NCBI GenBank assembly: GCA_964494135.1
Contig: CAZBQN010000005.1
Span: forward strand, 934-64,933
DNA: 64,000 nucleotides
Reading direction: 5' to 3'
Origin: an uncultured Ruminococcus sp.
GTDB lineage: Bacteria > Bacillota > Clostridia > Oscillospirales > CAG-272
Position numbers and translations under genes: made by a program. Positions 32,998-41,963 of the stretch are shown piece after piece (within the stretch, counting starts at the first letter, position 1; the number at the start of each line of letters is the position of its first letter). The notes beneath the pieces are model-generated. The model made no database searches. It was given only the letters and a program-made list of their open reading frames with translations, and was not told where the DNA came from.

Positions 32998-34237
32998 ATA
33001 CGTAATTATCGGAGGAGGCGTCGCCGCCGTCGGGTGTATTGAAGGCATCAGAAGCGTTGACGGTACGTCGCCTATAACCGTTATTTGTGAGGAGAAGCAC
33101 CCCGTATACTGCCGTCCCCTCATCTCCTACTATCTGGAGGGAAAAACCACCCTCGAAAAAATGAATTACCGCCCGGATGACTTTTATGAGTCTCAGGGCT
33201 GCCGGATGCTCTTTGGCAGACGCGCCCTGTCGGTTGACAAAGACAGGAAGACCGTAGTGCTTGACGGAGGTGACACCCTGTCCTACACCTCCCTGTGCGT
33301 GGCGACCGGTTCTTCTCCTTTCGTGCCCCCTATCAAGGGGCTTGACGGTGTGAAAAACTGCTTCACGTTTATGACGCTTGACGACACGCTGGCACTGGAA
33401 AAGGCGATAAAGGAAAGCTCGCGGGTGCTGATCGTCGGCGCGGGTCTTATCGGACTGAAATGCGCGGAGGGCATCGCACAGCGGGTAGGAAGCATTACGG
33501 TCTGCGACCTTGCCCCCCGTATTCTTTCAAGTATTCTTGACGGCGAATGCGCGGCTATGATGCAGAAGGCCCTCGAAGAGCACGGGATTTCGCTTATGCT
33601 CGGCGACACGGTCTCGGAATTCCTGGGAAACCGCGCCCTGATGAAAAGCGGTAAAGCCGTTGACTTCGATATTCTGGTTATGGCGGTCGGCGTCCGCCCG
33701 AGCACCGCGCTGGTAAAGGATGCAGGCGGCGAGGTCAACCGCGGAATCATAGTTGACGAATATATGCGCACATCCCTTGACGGCATATACGCCGCCGGCG
33801 ACTGCACCGAGGGCATGGATATTTCCCTGGGAGCGAGAAGGGTCCTCGCCATTCTGCCAAACGCATATATGCAGGGTCACGCCGCAGGGGTGAATATGGC
33901 AGGGGGCAGCGAGAGCTTTGACAAGGCTATTCCCATGAACTCCATCGGGCTGTTCGGCACTCACGCAATTACGGCGGGAAGCTATTTCGGCTCTGACGAG
34001 GGCGGTGAAATTTTTGAGGAAAAGGGGGATGGCACGCTGAAGCGTTTTTACACGAAGGACGGCTTCCTGTGCGGTTACATCCTCATCGGCGACGTATGCA
34101 GAGCGGGAATTTACACCTCTCTCATTCGCGAAAAGGTGCCCCTTGACAGTTTGAACTTCGATTTACTCAAAAAAACTCCCGTTTTGTTCGCTTATTCTCA
34201 AAAAAAGCGTGGAAAAATTCTCGGAGGTGTGGTATAA
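32990..34237 (+). CDS. NAD(P)/FAD-dependent oxidoreductase (pyridine nucleotide-disulphide family)
   Basis: Start set at 32990. IIGGGVAA, ATGSSP, IVGAGLIG, IYAAGDC. Confidence 0.88.
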   Translation: MAEYVIIGGGVAAVGCIEGIRSVDGTSPITVICEEKHPVYCRPLISYYLEGKTTLEKMNYRPDDFYESQGCRMLFGRRALSVDKDRKTVVLDGGDTLSYTSLCVATGSSPFVPPIKGLDGVKNCFTFMTLDDTLALEKAIKESSRVLIVGAGLIGLKCAEGIAQRVGSITVCDLAPRILSSILDGECAAMMQKALEEHGISLMLGDTVSEFLGNRALMKSGKAVDFDILVMAVGVRPSTALVKDAGGEVNRGIIVDEYMRTSLDGIYAAGDCTEGMDISLGARRVLAILPNAYMQGHAAGVNMAGGSESFDKAIPMNSIGLFGTHAITAGSYFGSDEGGEIFEEKGDGTLKRFYTKDGFLCGYILIGDVCRAGIYTSLIREKVPLDSLNFDLLKKTPVLFAYSQKKRGKILGGVV

Positions 34238-34959
34238 TGATAAATATTGATGCAAAAGGTCTTGATTTCACCGCGCTGAACGAGGCAATCAGGGAGCACG
34301 ACTGCGACCTTGAAATTACGAACTGCCTCGGTCAGAGGTTCATAGCCTCGGGTATGTCGAGGAGGAAAATCAGGATAAAGGGCACGCCGGGCAACGCCCT
34401 GGGCGCATATCTGAACGGCGGCGAAATATACGTGGACGGGAACGCTCAGGATGCCGTCGGAGATACCATGAACGAGGGCTATATCGTCGTTGACGGCAAT
34501 ATCGGCGACGCCGCGGGCTACGCCATGCGAGGCGGAAAAATCTACGTCCGAGGCAATGCCGGCTACCGCGCCGGTATACATATGAAGGAATACAAGGAAA
34601 AGGTTCCGGTGATGATTATCGGCGGTAAGGCAGGCAGCTTTCTCGGCGAATATCAGGCAGGCGGAAAAATCATCGTCCTCGGTCTGTGCGACGACGGAAA
34701 GCCCATCGTCAGCAATTTTCCCTGCACGGGTATGCACGGCGGAAAAATGTATCTGCGCTCCGACTGTAAGGATTTAAGACTGCCCGACAAGGTAAAGGTA
34801 TCACGGGCTACCGAAGGCGATATGCTTGAAATCGTCGAATATCTGACCGAATATTGCGATATATTCGGACTTGACAAGGAGAAAATTCTCTCATCGGAAT
34901 TTACGGTAATCGTACCAGACACGAAAAATCCGTACAAGCAAATGTACGTAGCAAATTAA
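34237..34959 (+). CDS. GXGXG domain of a split glutamate synthase (GltB3-like)
   Basis: GQRFIA, GTPGNALGAYLNGG, GDAAGYAMRGG, FLGEYQAGG, GMHGG. Confidence 0.9.
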   Translation: MINIDAKGLDFTALNEAIREHDCDLEITNCLGQRFIASGMSRRKIRIKGTPGNALGAYLNGGEIYVDGNAQDAVGDTMNEGYIVVDGNIGDAAGYAMRGGKIYVRGNAGYRAGIHMKEYKEKVPVMIIGGKAGSFLGEYQAGGKIIVLGLCDDGKPIVSNFPCTGMHGGKMYLRSDCKDLRLPDKVKVSRATEGDMLEIVEYLTEYCDIFGLDKEKILSSEFTVIVPDTKNPYKQMYVAN

Positions 34960-34980
34960 GAAAACAGGAGATACGGAAAG

Positions 34981-36195
34981 ATGAAATACACGGCAGAGGA
35001 AGTTATGCAGTACGTAAACGAGGAGGACGTTAAGTTTATCCGCCTTGCATTCTGCGACATTTACGGCAAGCAAAAGAATATATCGATAATGCCCAGCGAG
35101 CTTCCCCGCGCGTTCTCGGACGGCATCGCCTTCGACGCCTCTGCCATTTCCGGATTTGGCGACGAGACCCATTCAGACCTTATTCTTCATCCCGACCCGT
35201 CAACCCTGTCGGTTCTGCCCTGGCGTCCCGAGCACGGCAGAGTGGTGCGCATGTTTTGCTCTATCACCCACCCCGACGGCACACCTGCCGAGTGCGACAC
35301 GAGAAGTCTGCTCATCCGTGCAGTGGAGGACGCAAGACTGGCGGGCGTGACCTTTGATTTCGGTCCGGAGCTGGAATTTTATCTTTTCAAATTGGACGAG
35401 CTCGGAAATAAGACGAGCATCCCTTATGACGAGGCGGGATATATGGACATTGCGCCCGAGGATAAGGGGGAGAACATTCGGCGTGAGATATGCCTGATGC
35501 TGGAGCAGATGGACATCCGTCCCGAAAGCTCACACCACGAGGAGGGGCCCGGTCAGAACGAGATAGACTTCCGCTATTCCGGTGCTCTCACCGCCGCAGA
35601 CAACGCCCAGACCTTTAAAACCGCAGTCAAGGCGGTTGCGGGCAGAAACGGACTGTGGGCAGATTTCAGCCCAAAGCCCTTGAAGGACAAGGCGGGAAAC
35701 GGCTTTCATATCAACATATCCGCCGACAGCGACGGAGGCAAGGACCTTCTGCCCCACATAATCGCGGGCATTCTCCGCTTCATCCCCGACATGACCGCCT
35801 TTCTCAATCCCACCGAAAATTCATACGCGCGCCTCGGCAAAAACAAGGCTCCCGCATATATTTCCTGGTCGGGCGAAAACCGTTCTCAGCTGGTCCGCCT
35901 GCCCGGTGCGGTATACGAGCACAAGAGAGTTGAGCTCCGCTCTCCCGACCCGACCGCCAATCCTTATATCTCCTTTGCCCTTCTGATTTACGCAGGTCTG
36001 TACGGAATAGAGAACAAGCTGACGCCGCCACCTGCCGCAGATATCAACTTCTTCCAGGCAGATGAGAGGACGCTGTCGAAATTCAAAAAGCTCCCCTCCA
36101 CGAAGGAAGAAGCTGTATCGCTGATGAGGGAGAGCGAATTTATAAAAGAGCATCTGCCGAAGCAGATAATAGAACATTACTGCAACAAGCGTTGA
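34981..36195 (+). CDS. Glutamine synthetase type I-like protein, degenerate and C-terminally truncated
   Basis: IRLAFCDIYG, GPELEFYLF, HHEEGPGQNEIDF, GNGFH, NRS, VELRSPDPTANPY. The flap reads RLGKNKAP instead of RLVPGYEAP. 404 aa. Confidence 0.88.
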   Translation: MKYTAEEVMQYVNEEDVKFIRLAFCDIYGKQKNISIMPSELPRAFSDGIAFDASAISGFGDETHSDLILHPDPSTLSVLPWRPEHGRVVRMFCSITHPDGTPAECDTRSLLIRAVEDARLAGVTFDFGPELEFYLFKLDELGNKTSIPYDEAGYMDIAPEDKGENIRREICLMLEQMDIRPESSHHEEGPGQNEIDFRYSGALTAADNAQTFKTAVKAVAGRNGLWADFSPKPLKDKAGNGFHINISADSDGGKDLLPHIIAGILRFIPDMTAFLNPTENSYARLGKNKAPAYISWSGENRSQLVRLPGAVYEHKRVELRSPDPTANPYISFALLIYAGLYGIENKLTPPPAADINFFQADERTLSKFKKLPSTKEEAVSLMRESEFIKEHLPKQIIEHYCNKR

Positions 36196-36233
36196 CCACG
36201 GGGCACGGTATTTTATGAAAGGAGGGGTAAAGC

Positions 36234-36818
36234 TTGAGCTTGCAAGAGCATGTTTACAGCGTGATGATAGTTTCCGCCTCGGAAGCCTTCAATTCCGCAT
36301 TGACCCCATTGCTTCCCGACTTCAAATTCACACCCGTCCGCATAGAAACCAGCGTTAATTCGGCAAAACGCACCCTGGCTGACCACCCATACGATTTTAT
36401 AGTAATCAATTCTCCCCTGCCCGACGACACGGGTGTCCGCTTTGCCATTGACGTTTCGGGGCTGAAAAGCTCGGTGGCGCTTCTCATGGTGCGCTCGGAT
36501 ATATACGCCGCCACCCAGAACAAGGTTGCCGAGCACGGCGTCTACGTACTGCCGAAGCCCACGTCAAAGCCCATTATAACCCAGGCGATAGACTGGATGA
36601 CAGCCACACTGGAAAGGCTCAAAAAGTTTCAGAAGAAAACAATGTCCACCGAGGAGAAAATGGAGGAGATACGTATCGTCAACCGTGCAAAGTGGGTATT
36701 GATAGACAGGCTGAAAATGACCGAGCAGGAGGCGCACCGCCATATTGAAAAGCAGGCGATGGACAGATGCACCTCAAAGCGCGAGGTCGCAGAAGAGATA
36801 ATAAAAATCTACACATAA
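36234..36818 (+). CDS. Pseudo-receiver + ANTAR RNA-binding antiterminator (NitR/AmiR-like)
   Basis: TTG start, RBS GAAAGGAGG. Receiver-like DFIVINSPLP. ANTAR motif IVNRAKWVLI...TEQEAHRHIEKQAMDR. Confidence 0.9.
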   Translation: MSLQEHVYSVMIVSASEAFNSALTPLLPDFKFTPVRIETSVNSAKRTLADHPYDFIVINSPLPDDTGVRFAIDVSGLKSSVALLMVRSDIYAATQNKVAEHGVYVLPKPTSKPIITQAIDWMTATLERLKKFQKKTMSTEEKMEEIRIVNRAKWVLIDRLKMTEQEAHRHIEKQAMDRCTSKREVAEEIIKIYT

Positions 36819-36856
36819 TACAAGAAAAATATATTCATAAAGCAAGGACCTATAAA

Positions 36857-38185
36857 ATGTTTAATTCGCAAAATCTGGGAGTTAACTCTCAAAACCACCT
36901 TACGATAGGAAGCCACGACACGGTGGAGCTGGCTCGGAAATTCGGCACGCCCCTGTACGTTATGGACGAAGACCTGATGAGGAGCAACTGCCGCGCCTAC
37001 AAAGGTGCTTTGGATAATTACTACGACGGCAACGGACTTATCCTATTTGCGAGCAAGGCGCTCTGTACCGTGTACACAGGCAGACTGGTCGCAGAGGAGG
37101 GGCTGGGTGCCGACGTGGTATCCGGCGGTGAGCTTTACACCCTTTACAAGGCGGGCTTTCCCATGGATAAGGTGTTTTTCCACGGCAACAACAAGACCCG
37201 TGACGAGTTAGAGCTGGCAACCGACCTCGGCGTCGGCCATATCGTCGTCGACAACAAATACGAGCTCGAGCTTTTGAACGAGATAGCATCGAAGAAGGAA
37301 ATTACGGTGCATATCCTGTTCCGCATCAAGCCCGGAGTGGACGCGCACACCCACGATTTTGTCAGAACCGGTCAGATAGATTCAAAGTTCGGCGTTGCTC
37401 TTGAAAACGGCGAGGCATTCGAAATTCACAAGCTGGCACTGTCCATGAGCCATATCCGCGTCGACGGCGTGCACTGCCACATCGGCTCGCAGATATTCGA
37501 CGTTGAGCCCTTCTGCGAGGCCGCGCGGGTTATGATAGGCTTCGTCGCCGATCTGTACGAAAAGCTCGGTATCAAGGCAAAGATTCTCAACCTGGGCGGC
37601 GGCTTCGGCATAAAGTATACCTCCTCCGACGACCCCCTTGACCCCGCCGAATACATCAGGCAGGTCACGGACGTTGTGAAGACGGTGTCAGCTGAGCGGG
37701 GCATCGAGACTCCCTTCCTCGTATTTGAGCCGGGCAGGTCCATAGTTGCCACGGCGGGAATTACTCTCTATACAGTCGGATGCGTCAAGCACATTGAGAA
37801 CGTACGCACCTACGTTTCCATAGACGGTGGTATGTGCGACAACCCGAGATATATTCTCTACGGCTCAAAGTACACCGCAGTGCTGGCTAACAATGCGTCA
37901 GCCGAGCCCACAGCCCCCGTGACTATCGCCGGAAAATGCTGTGAGTCAGGCGACCTGATTCAGGAGCACGTAATGATGCCCGAAATACACGTAGGCGACA
38001 CTCTCGCCGTGCTTGCGACCGGCGCGTATAACTACTCTATGTCAAGCAACTACAACCGCATCCCCCGCCCTCCCATCGTTATGGTCAAGGGCGACGAGGC
38101 AAAGGTCATTGTCAAGCGCGAAACCTATGAGGATCTTATCAAAAACGATCTCTATGAGCCACAGACGGTTTTGCAGGAGGTTTGA
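36857..38185 (+). CDS. lysA: Diaminopimelate decarboxylase
   Basis: FGTPLYV, FASKA, DVVSGGEL, HCHIGSQI, NLGGGFG, EPGRSI, GKCCESGD, GAYNYSMSSNYN. Confidence 0.96.
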   Translation: MFNSQNLGVNSQNHLTIGSHDTVELARKFGTPLYVMDEDLMRSNCRAYKGALDNYYDGNGLILFASKALCTVYTGRLVAEEGLGADVVSGGELYTLYKAGFPMDKVFFHGNNKTRDELELATDLGVGHIVVDNKYELELLNEIASKKEITVHILFRIKPGVDAHTHDFVRTGQIDSKFGVALENGEAFEIHKLALSMSHIRVDGVHCHIGSQIFDVEPFCEAARVMIGFVADLYEKLGIKAKILNLGGGFGIKYTSSDDPLDPAEYIRQVTDVVKTVSAERGIETPFLVFEPGRSIVATAGITLYTVGCVKHIENVRTYVSIDGGMCDNPRYILYGSKYTAVLANNASAEPTAPVTIAGKCCESGDLIQEHVMMPEIHVGDTLAVLATGAYNYSMSSNYNRIPRPPIVMVKGDEAKVIVKRETYEDLIKNDLYEPQTVLQEV

Positions 38186-38293
38186 GAAGAGTATACAAGG
38201 TATCGGCAAGTCCATGCGGAATAACTGAGCGGAGTTAACCGTACACCGTAAACGCGTTTTCCCAAAGAAACATAACCCGGCGGAGACAGATAT

Positions 38294-38704
38294 ATGAAGA
38301 AATACCAGATTACCGGCAGAGACCGAGAGCTTATAGCCCTGGGGCTTGAAGCTTTGGAAAAGAATTTTGACGACGGCGTGTATCACCACACGGTCGGCTG
38401 TGCGCTTTCGTGTAAAAGCGGCAAGATTTATACCGGCGTGAACTGTGACGGAATTCACGGCTCCTGCGCCGAATATATAACAATCGGCAGAGCGATATCA
38501 AGCGGAGATCGGGAGTTTGACACCATAGTCGCAGTGCACGAGAAAAGCCCAAACGGCGTAGTTTCCCCCTGCGGCAACTGCCGTCAGATGCTCTTTGAAT
38601 ACTGTCCTGACATAAAGGTAATTCTGAACGCCGAAGACGGCAGACTGATTAAGGTAAAAGCCAGGGATTTGCTTCCCTTTCCCTGGAAGCCCGTAATATG
38701 CTGA
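38294..38704 (+). CDS. Cytidine deaminase superfamily protein, blasticidin-S-deaminase-like
   Basis: CAE and SPCGNCRQ Zn motifs, HHTVG, FDTIVAV. Confidence 0.8.
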   Translation: MKKYQITGRDRELIALGLEALEKNFDDGVYHHTVGCALSCKSGKIYTGVNCDGIHGSCAEYITIGRAISSGDREFDTIVAVHEKSPNGVVSPCGNCRQMLFEYCPDIKVILNAEDGRLIKVKARDLLPFPWKPVIC

Positions 38705-38714
38705 TTTTTTCAAT

Positions 38715-38817
38715 CCGAGCAACGCGAGGATTTCATCCGCCTGCGGCGGATTTCACACGTCTATGACGTATTTCACCCGAGCATATCGAGGATTTCATGT
38801 TCCGGGGGCTGCTTCAC
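38715..38817. repeat. Array of short hairpin + ATTTCA units (REP-like)
   Basis: ATTTCA at 38730, 38750, 38770 and 38792. Each is preceded by a small inverted repeat (for example CCGCC-TGC-GGCGG and ACGTC-TAT-GACGT). Confidence 0.7.
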
Positions 38818-38850
38818 AGCATTAACAAGTGAACGCTATGTGCATCCAAT

Positions 38851-38892
38851 AAAAAAACCAAGGTCAAACAAAATCGTTGATCTTGGTTTTTT
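38851..38892. terminator. Bidirectional intrinsic terminator
   Basis: AAAAAAACCAAGGTCAA / TTGATCTTGGTTTTTT between convergent genes. Confidence 0.85.
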
Positions 38893-38964
38893 GTTGTTTT
38901 TTTATTGGGTGAAAGTCATTTTTTTAATTTGACTCGCCCCTTTTCACGCTTTTACAATGTCCGG

Positions 38965-39909
38965 TCAATACAAATCCTCGTAAATTCCGCCGGGGATAAA
39001 CTCGCGGATAAGCGAATTGTCGGGCACGAGGCTCTCATCCACCTCGGTTATATACTCAAGAGCTGCGCGAACTCTTCTTGCATACTCATTCTCGCGGCAG
39101 ACCTCCGCCGTCAAAAGCGACTCGGCAAAGGGCTTCATAACTCCCAGCTCAAACATATGGAAGGTATCGAAGGCTATGTCGGCAAAGGGCTTGAAGGGAT
39201 AGAGATAAATATCCTCCGAGTCAAGAACCGCGCGCCACATAGAGAGGGTCCGCTCCGCAGAGGAAGCGCGGTAAATGCTGTCCCTGACAAGACGGCGCAG
39301 AAATCTGACCTTCCTGCCCGAAAGAATACGCTTGCCGTCCATATTTATGTTAGTGGAAACGCTGACGAAAAGACGCAAAACTCCCACCCTCGGTCCGTCG
39401 TATATCTTCGGATTGAGCGCGTGCAAGCCCTCTATGATAACACAGCCGTTTGGCATCGACATAGGCTCGGAAAGCTCGACACGCCTCCCCAGCTTGAAGT
39501 CGTATTTAGGCAGACGGAAGGGCTCGGCGTTTGAAATTCTGCGAACCAGCTCACTGATCTCGGAAAGGTGGAGCGACTCGGGGCACTCGAAATCCCGCTC
39601 TCCGTTTTTCTGTCTCGGGTAATCCGGGTCGGTCGAATCGCGGTAAAAGTCGTCCAGCGACACCACGATGCTGTCCTCGCCCCGCGCTATCAGCGCGTCC
39701 TTGATAAGATTTGCAGAGGTAGTCTTGCCCGAACCGGAGGGACCGGCGAGAAGCAGAACTCTTATATTCTTATTTCCCACTATATAATCCGCAATCTCCC
39801 CTACTCTTTTGTGAAAGGCGCGCTCCGCCTCTGCAATTGCTCCCTCGGGGCTCATTTCAATTGTGCTATTCAATTTATTAACGTTAAGTTCAGCCATGTT
39901 GTACTCCAT
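38965..39909 (-). CDS. Uridine kinase-like nucleoside kinase
   Basis: LAGPSGSGKTT, SLDDFY, IIEGLHALN, RFLRRLVRD. Confidence 0.8.
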   Translation of the reverse strand: MEYNMAELNVNKLNSTIEMSPEGAIAEAERAFHKRVGEIADYIVGNKNIRVLLLAGPSGSGKTTSANLIKDALIARGEDSIVVSLDDFYRDSTDPDYPRQKNGERDFECPESLHLSEISELVRRISNAEPFRLPKYDFKLGRRVELSEPMSMPNGCVIIEGLHALNPKIYDGPRVGVLRLFVSVSTNINMDGKRILSGRKVRFLRRLVRDSIYRASSAERTLSMWRAVLDSEDIYLYPFKPFADIAFDTFHMFELGVMKPFAESLLTAEVCRENEYARRVRAALEYITEVDESLVPDNSLIREFIPGGIYEDLY

Positions 39910-40034
39910 TTTCCTGCCTCCGCCGCGAAAGATCTGTCACAAACCGTATTAGTCCGCGAAGGCATTATATGATTTATTTCTCCTTTGTATTACTATAACA
40001 GTCAATTGTAAAACCGCATTTTTCAATCTAATTA

Positions 40035-40538
40035 CTAAAAACCGCTGATAGGCAAATCCTCGTTGTCCTCGCCCTTGATTATTTTCATTACCTTGACATA
40101 GTAGCTCATAGTTGGGTTTACCTCAATCAGCACCCGATCGCCCTCTCTGTGACCCATGAGCGCACCGCCCAGAGGAGACTCCTTGCTGATATAGCCCTGA
40201 AGGGCGTTCTGCCTGAGGGTGGTGACTATCTGTATTTCACGCTCCGCACCCATTTTCTCATTGAAGATAACCACCCTGTCGAAAAGGCATATTGTGTCCG
40301 GCGCATCCTCTATCTCAATAACCTTAGCGGTCCTTATCATATTTTCAAGATAGCGAATTCTGGACTCGTTCTTACGCTTAGCCCTCTTCGCCTCTTTATA
40401 TTCCGCATTCTCGGACAGGTCACCGTACTCTCTGGTTCGCTTCAGCTCCTCGCCCAGCTTCGGTGCCAGCTCCACCTTGCGGTATCGGATCTCCTCCTCC
40501 ATTTTCTGTATATCGACACGGGTCAACTCGTCGTACAT
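40035..40538 (-). CDS. greA: GreA-family transcription elongation factor
   Basis: YGDLSENAEY, RIRYLE, ISKESPLGGALMG. Confidence 0.9.
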   Translation of the reverse strand: MYDELTRVDIQKMEEEIRYRKVELAPKLGEELKRTREYGDLSENAEYKEAKRAKRKNESRIRYLENMIRTAKVIEIEDAPDTICLFDRVVIFNEKMGAEREIQIVTTLRQNALQGYISKESPLGGALMGHREGDRVLIEVNPTMSYYVKVMKIIKGEDNEDLPISGF

Positions 40539-40559
40539 AACTTTTTCTCTCCTTATTCC

Positions 40560-40590
40560 AAAAATAAAAGGGGTACGTTCACCGTGCCCC
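40560..40590 (-). terminator. Intrinsic terminator after the PAP2-like gene
   Basis: GGGGCACG / CGTACCCC stem followed by TTTTATTTTT. Confidence 0.6.
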
Positions 40591-40624
40591 TTTACGTGTT
40601 AATACGTCCTCAATGCTCTGCCGA

Positions 40625-41164
40625 TCAAGGTCTCGAAAAGATAACCGGATTGTCGGTCAGACCGCAATACGGAATTCCCTTAACCGCGCAGAATATGACG
40701 GTAACTATAACGCCTACCAAAATTCCGAAGAATACCTGAAGCGGGGTGTGTCCCACCAGCTCTTTAATCTTCTCGGTCTTAATCTCCTCGTCCTTGTTCT
40801 CCACCATATTATTGATGACCTCGGCGATAAGCTTGATTGACACGGCGTGCTTACCTGCCTCCCTACGGACTCCCGTAGCGTCATGCGTAACTATTATCAT
40901 AAGAATGGCGGTAATCGCGAATACCACGCTGTCAAAGCCGTAGTACCAGCCACAGCTTGCCGCCAGTGCCGCAACGGTAGCCGAATGTCCGCTGGGCATA
41001 CCGCCGTCGCCCCAAAGGCGCTCGGGCACGAACTTCCTGTGCACTACGAGATTGATTAAAATTTTAAGGGTCTGCGCCACGAGCCAGGATAATATGCACG
41101 CCCAGAGAATATCGTTCTCAAATATTGCGGCAAAAATCGGCATTGCAATTAAAATCAGTTCCAT
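40625..41164 (-). CDS. Divergent PAP2-family membrane protein (DUF212-like)
   Basis: AQTLK, GGMPSGHSA, HDATGVRREAG, GHTP. Start at 41164 (RBS AAGGAG). Confidence 0.88.
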   Translation of the reverse strand: MELILIAMPIFAAIFENDILWACILSWLVAQTLKILINLVVHRKFVPERLWGDGGMPSGHSATVAALAASCGWYYGFDSVVFAITAILMIIVTHDATGVRREAGKHAVSIKLIAEVINNMVENKDEEIKTEKIKELVGHTPLQVFFGILVGVIVTVIFCAVKGIPYCGLTDNPVIFSRP

Positions 41165-41324
41165 ACCCGGCTCCTTTCCTATCAATCGGTTTCATTTTTC
41201 ATGTGCGAAGGGCACATTCATAAGTATTTTAACATTTTTCAGTTCGTATTTCAAGAGTTTTTTATGTTTTCTTCTCCTTTTCGGCGATAATTTTATGACC
41301 GAGTTCCCAAAATAAAGCAAAAAC

Positions 41325-41353
41325 TTGACAAAGCAGAAGATTTGGTATATACT
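41325..41353 (+). promoter_or_regulatory. sigma-A promoter of ppa and the DtxR/MntR-family gene
   Basis: TTGACA-N17-TATACT. Confidence 0.8.
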
Positions 41354-41408
41354 CTTTGGTGATAAAATACACTGTTTTTGGCAAAAGTAATAATCAGGAG
41401 ATGAAAAA

Positions 41409-41942
41409 ATGTCAAACATCTGGCACGATATATCGCCCAAGAGAATAACCCCCACCGACTTTTTCTGCGTCGTTGAGATAACCAAGGGAAGCAAGAAAAA
41501 ATACGAGCTGGACAAGGAGACCGGTCACCTGATGCTGGACCGTATCCTGTATACCTCAACCCACTATCCCGCAAACTACGGCTTCATCCCCCGCACCTAC
41601 GGAGACGACGGCGACCCTCTGGACGTTCTGCTCATCTGCGCGGAGCCTATCGAGCCTATGACTCTGGTCAGAGCCTATCCCATTGGCGTCATCACCATGA
41701 TTGACAACGGCAAGAACGACGAGAAGATCATAGCCATTCCCTTCGGCGACCCCAGCTACAACCATTACACCGATATAGACCAGCTTCCGCCTCATATTTT
41801 CGATGAAATGCGTCATTTCTTCTCTGTTTACAAGTCCCTGGAAGGTAAGACCACCGCGGTAAACGAGGTCAGCCCAAGAGAAGCCGCCGTGCGCGTAATA
41901 TCCGACGCCATCGACAGCTATATAGAGAACTTCTGCAAATAA
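41409..41942 (+). CDS. ppa: Family I inorganic pyrophosphatase
   Basis: KYELDK, YPANYGFIPRT, DDGDPLDVL, DEKIIA, FFSVYK. Confidence 0.95.
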   Translation: MSNIWHDISPKRITPTDFFCVVEITKGSKKKYELDKETGHLMLDRILYTSTHYPANYGFIPRTYGDDGDPLDVLLICAEPIEPMTLVRAYPIGVITMIDNGKNDEKIIAIPFGDPSYNHYTDIDQLPPHIFDEMRHFFSVYKSLEGKTTAVNEVSPREAAVRVISDAIDSYIENFCK

Positions 41943-41963
41943 AAGCAAAACGGGAGACGGAAA

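Noticed and set aside
38715-38817. CRISPR array
   Set aside because: The conserved unit is only ~6-8 bp, the period is ~20 bp, and there are no cas genes.
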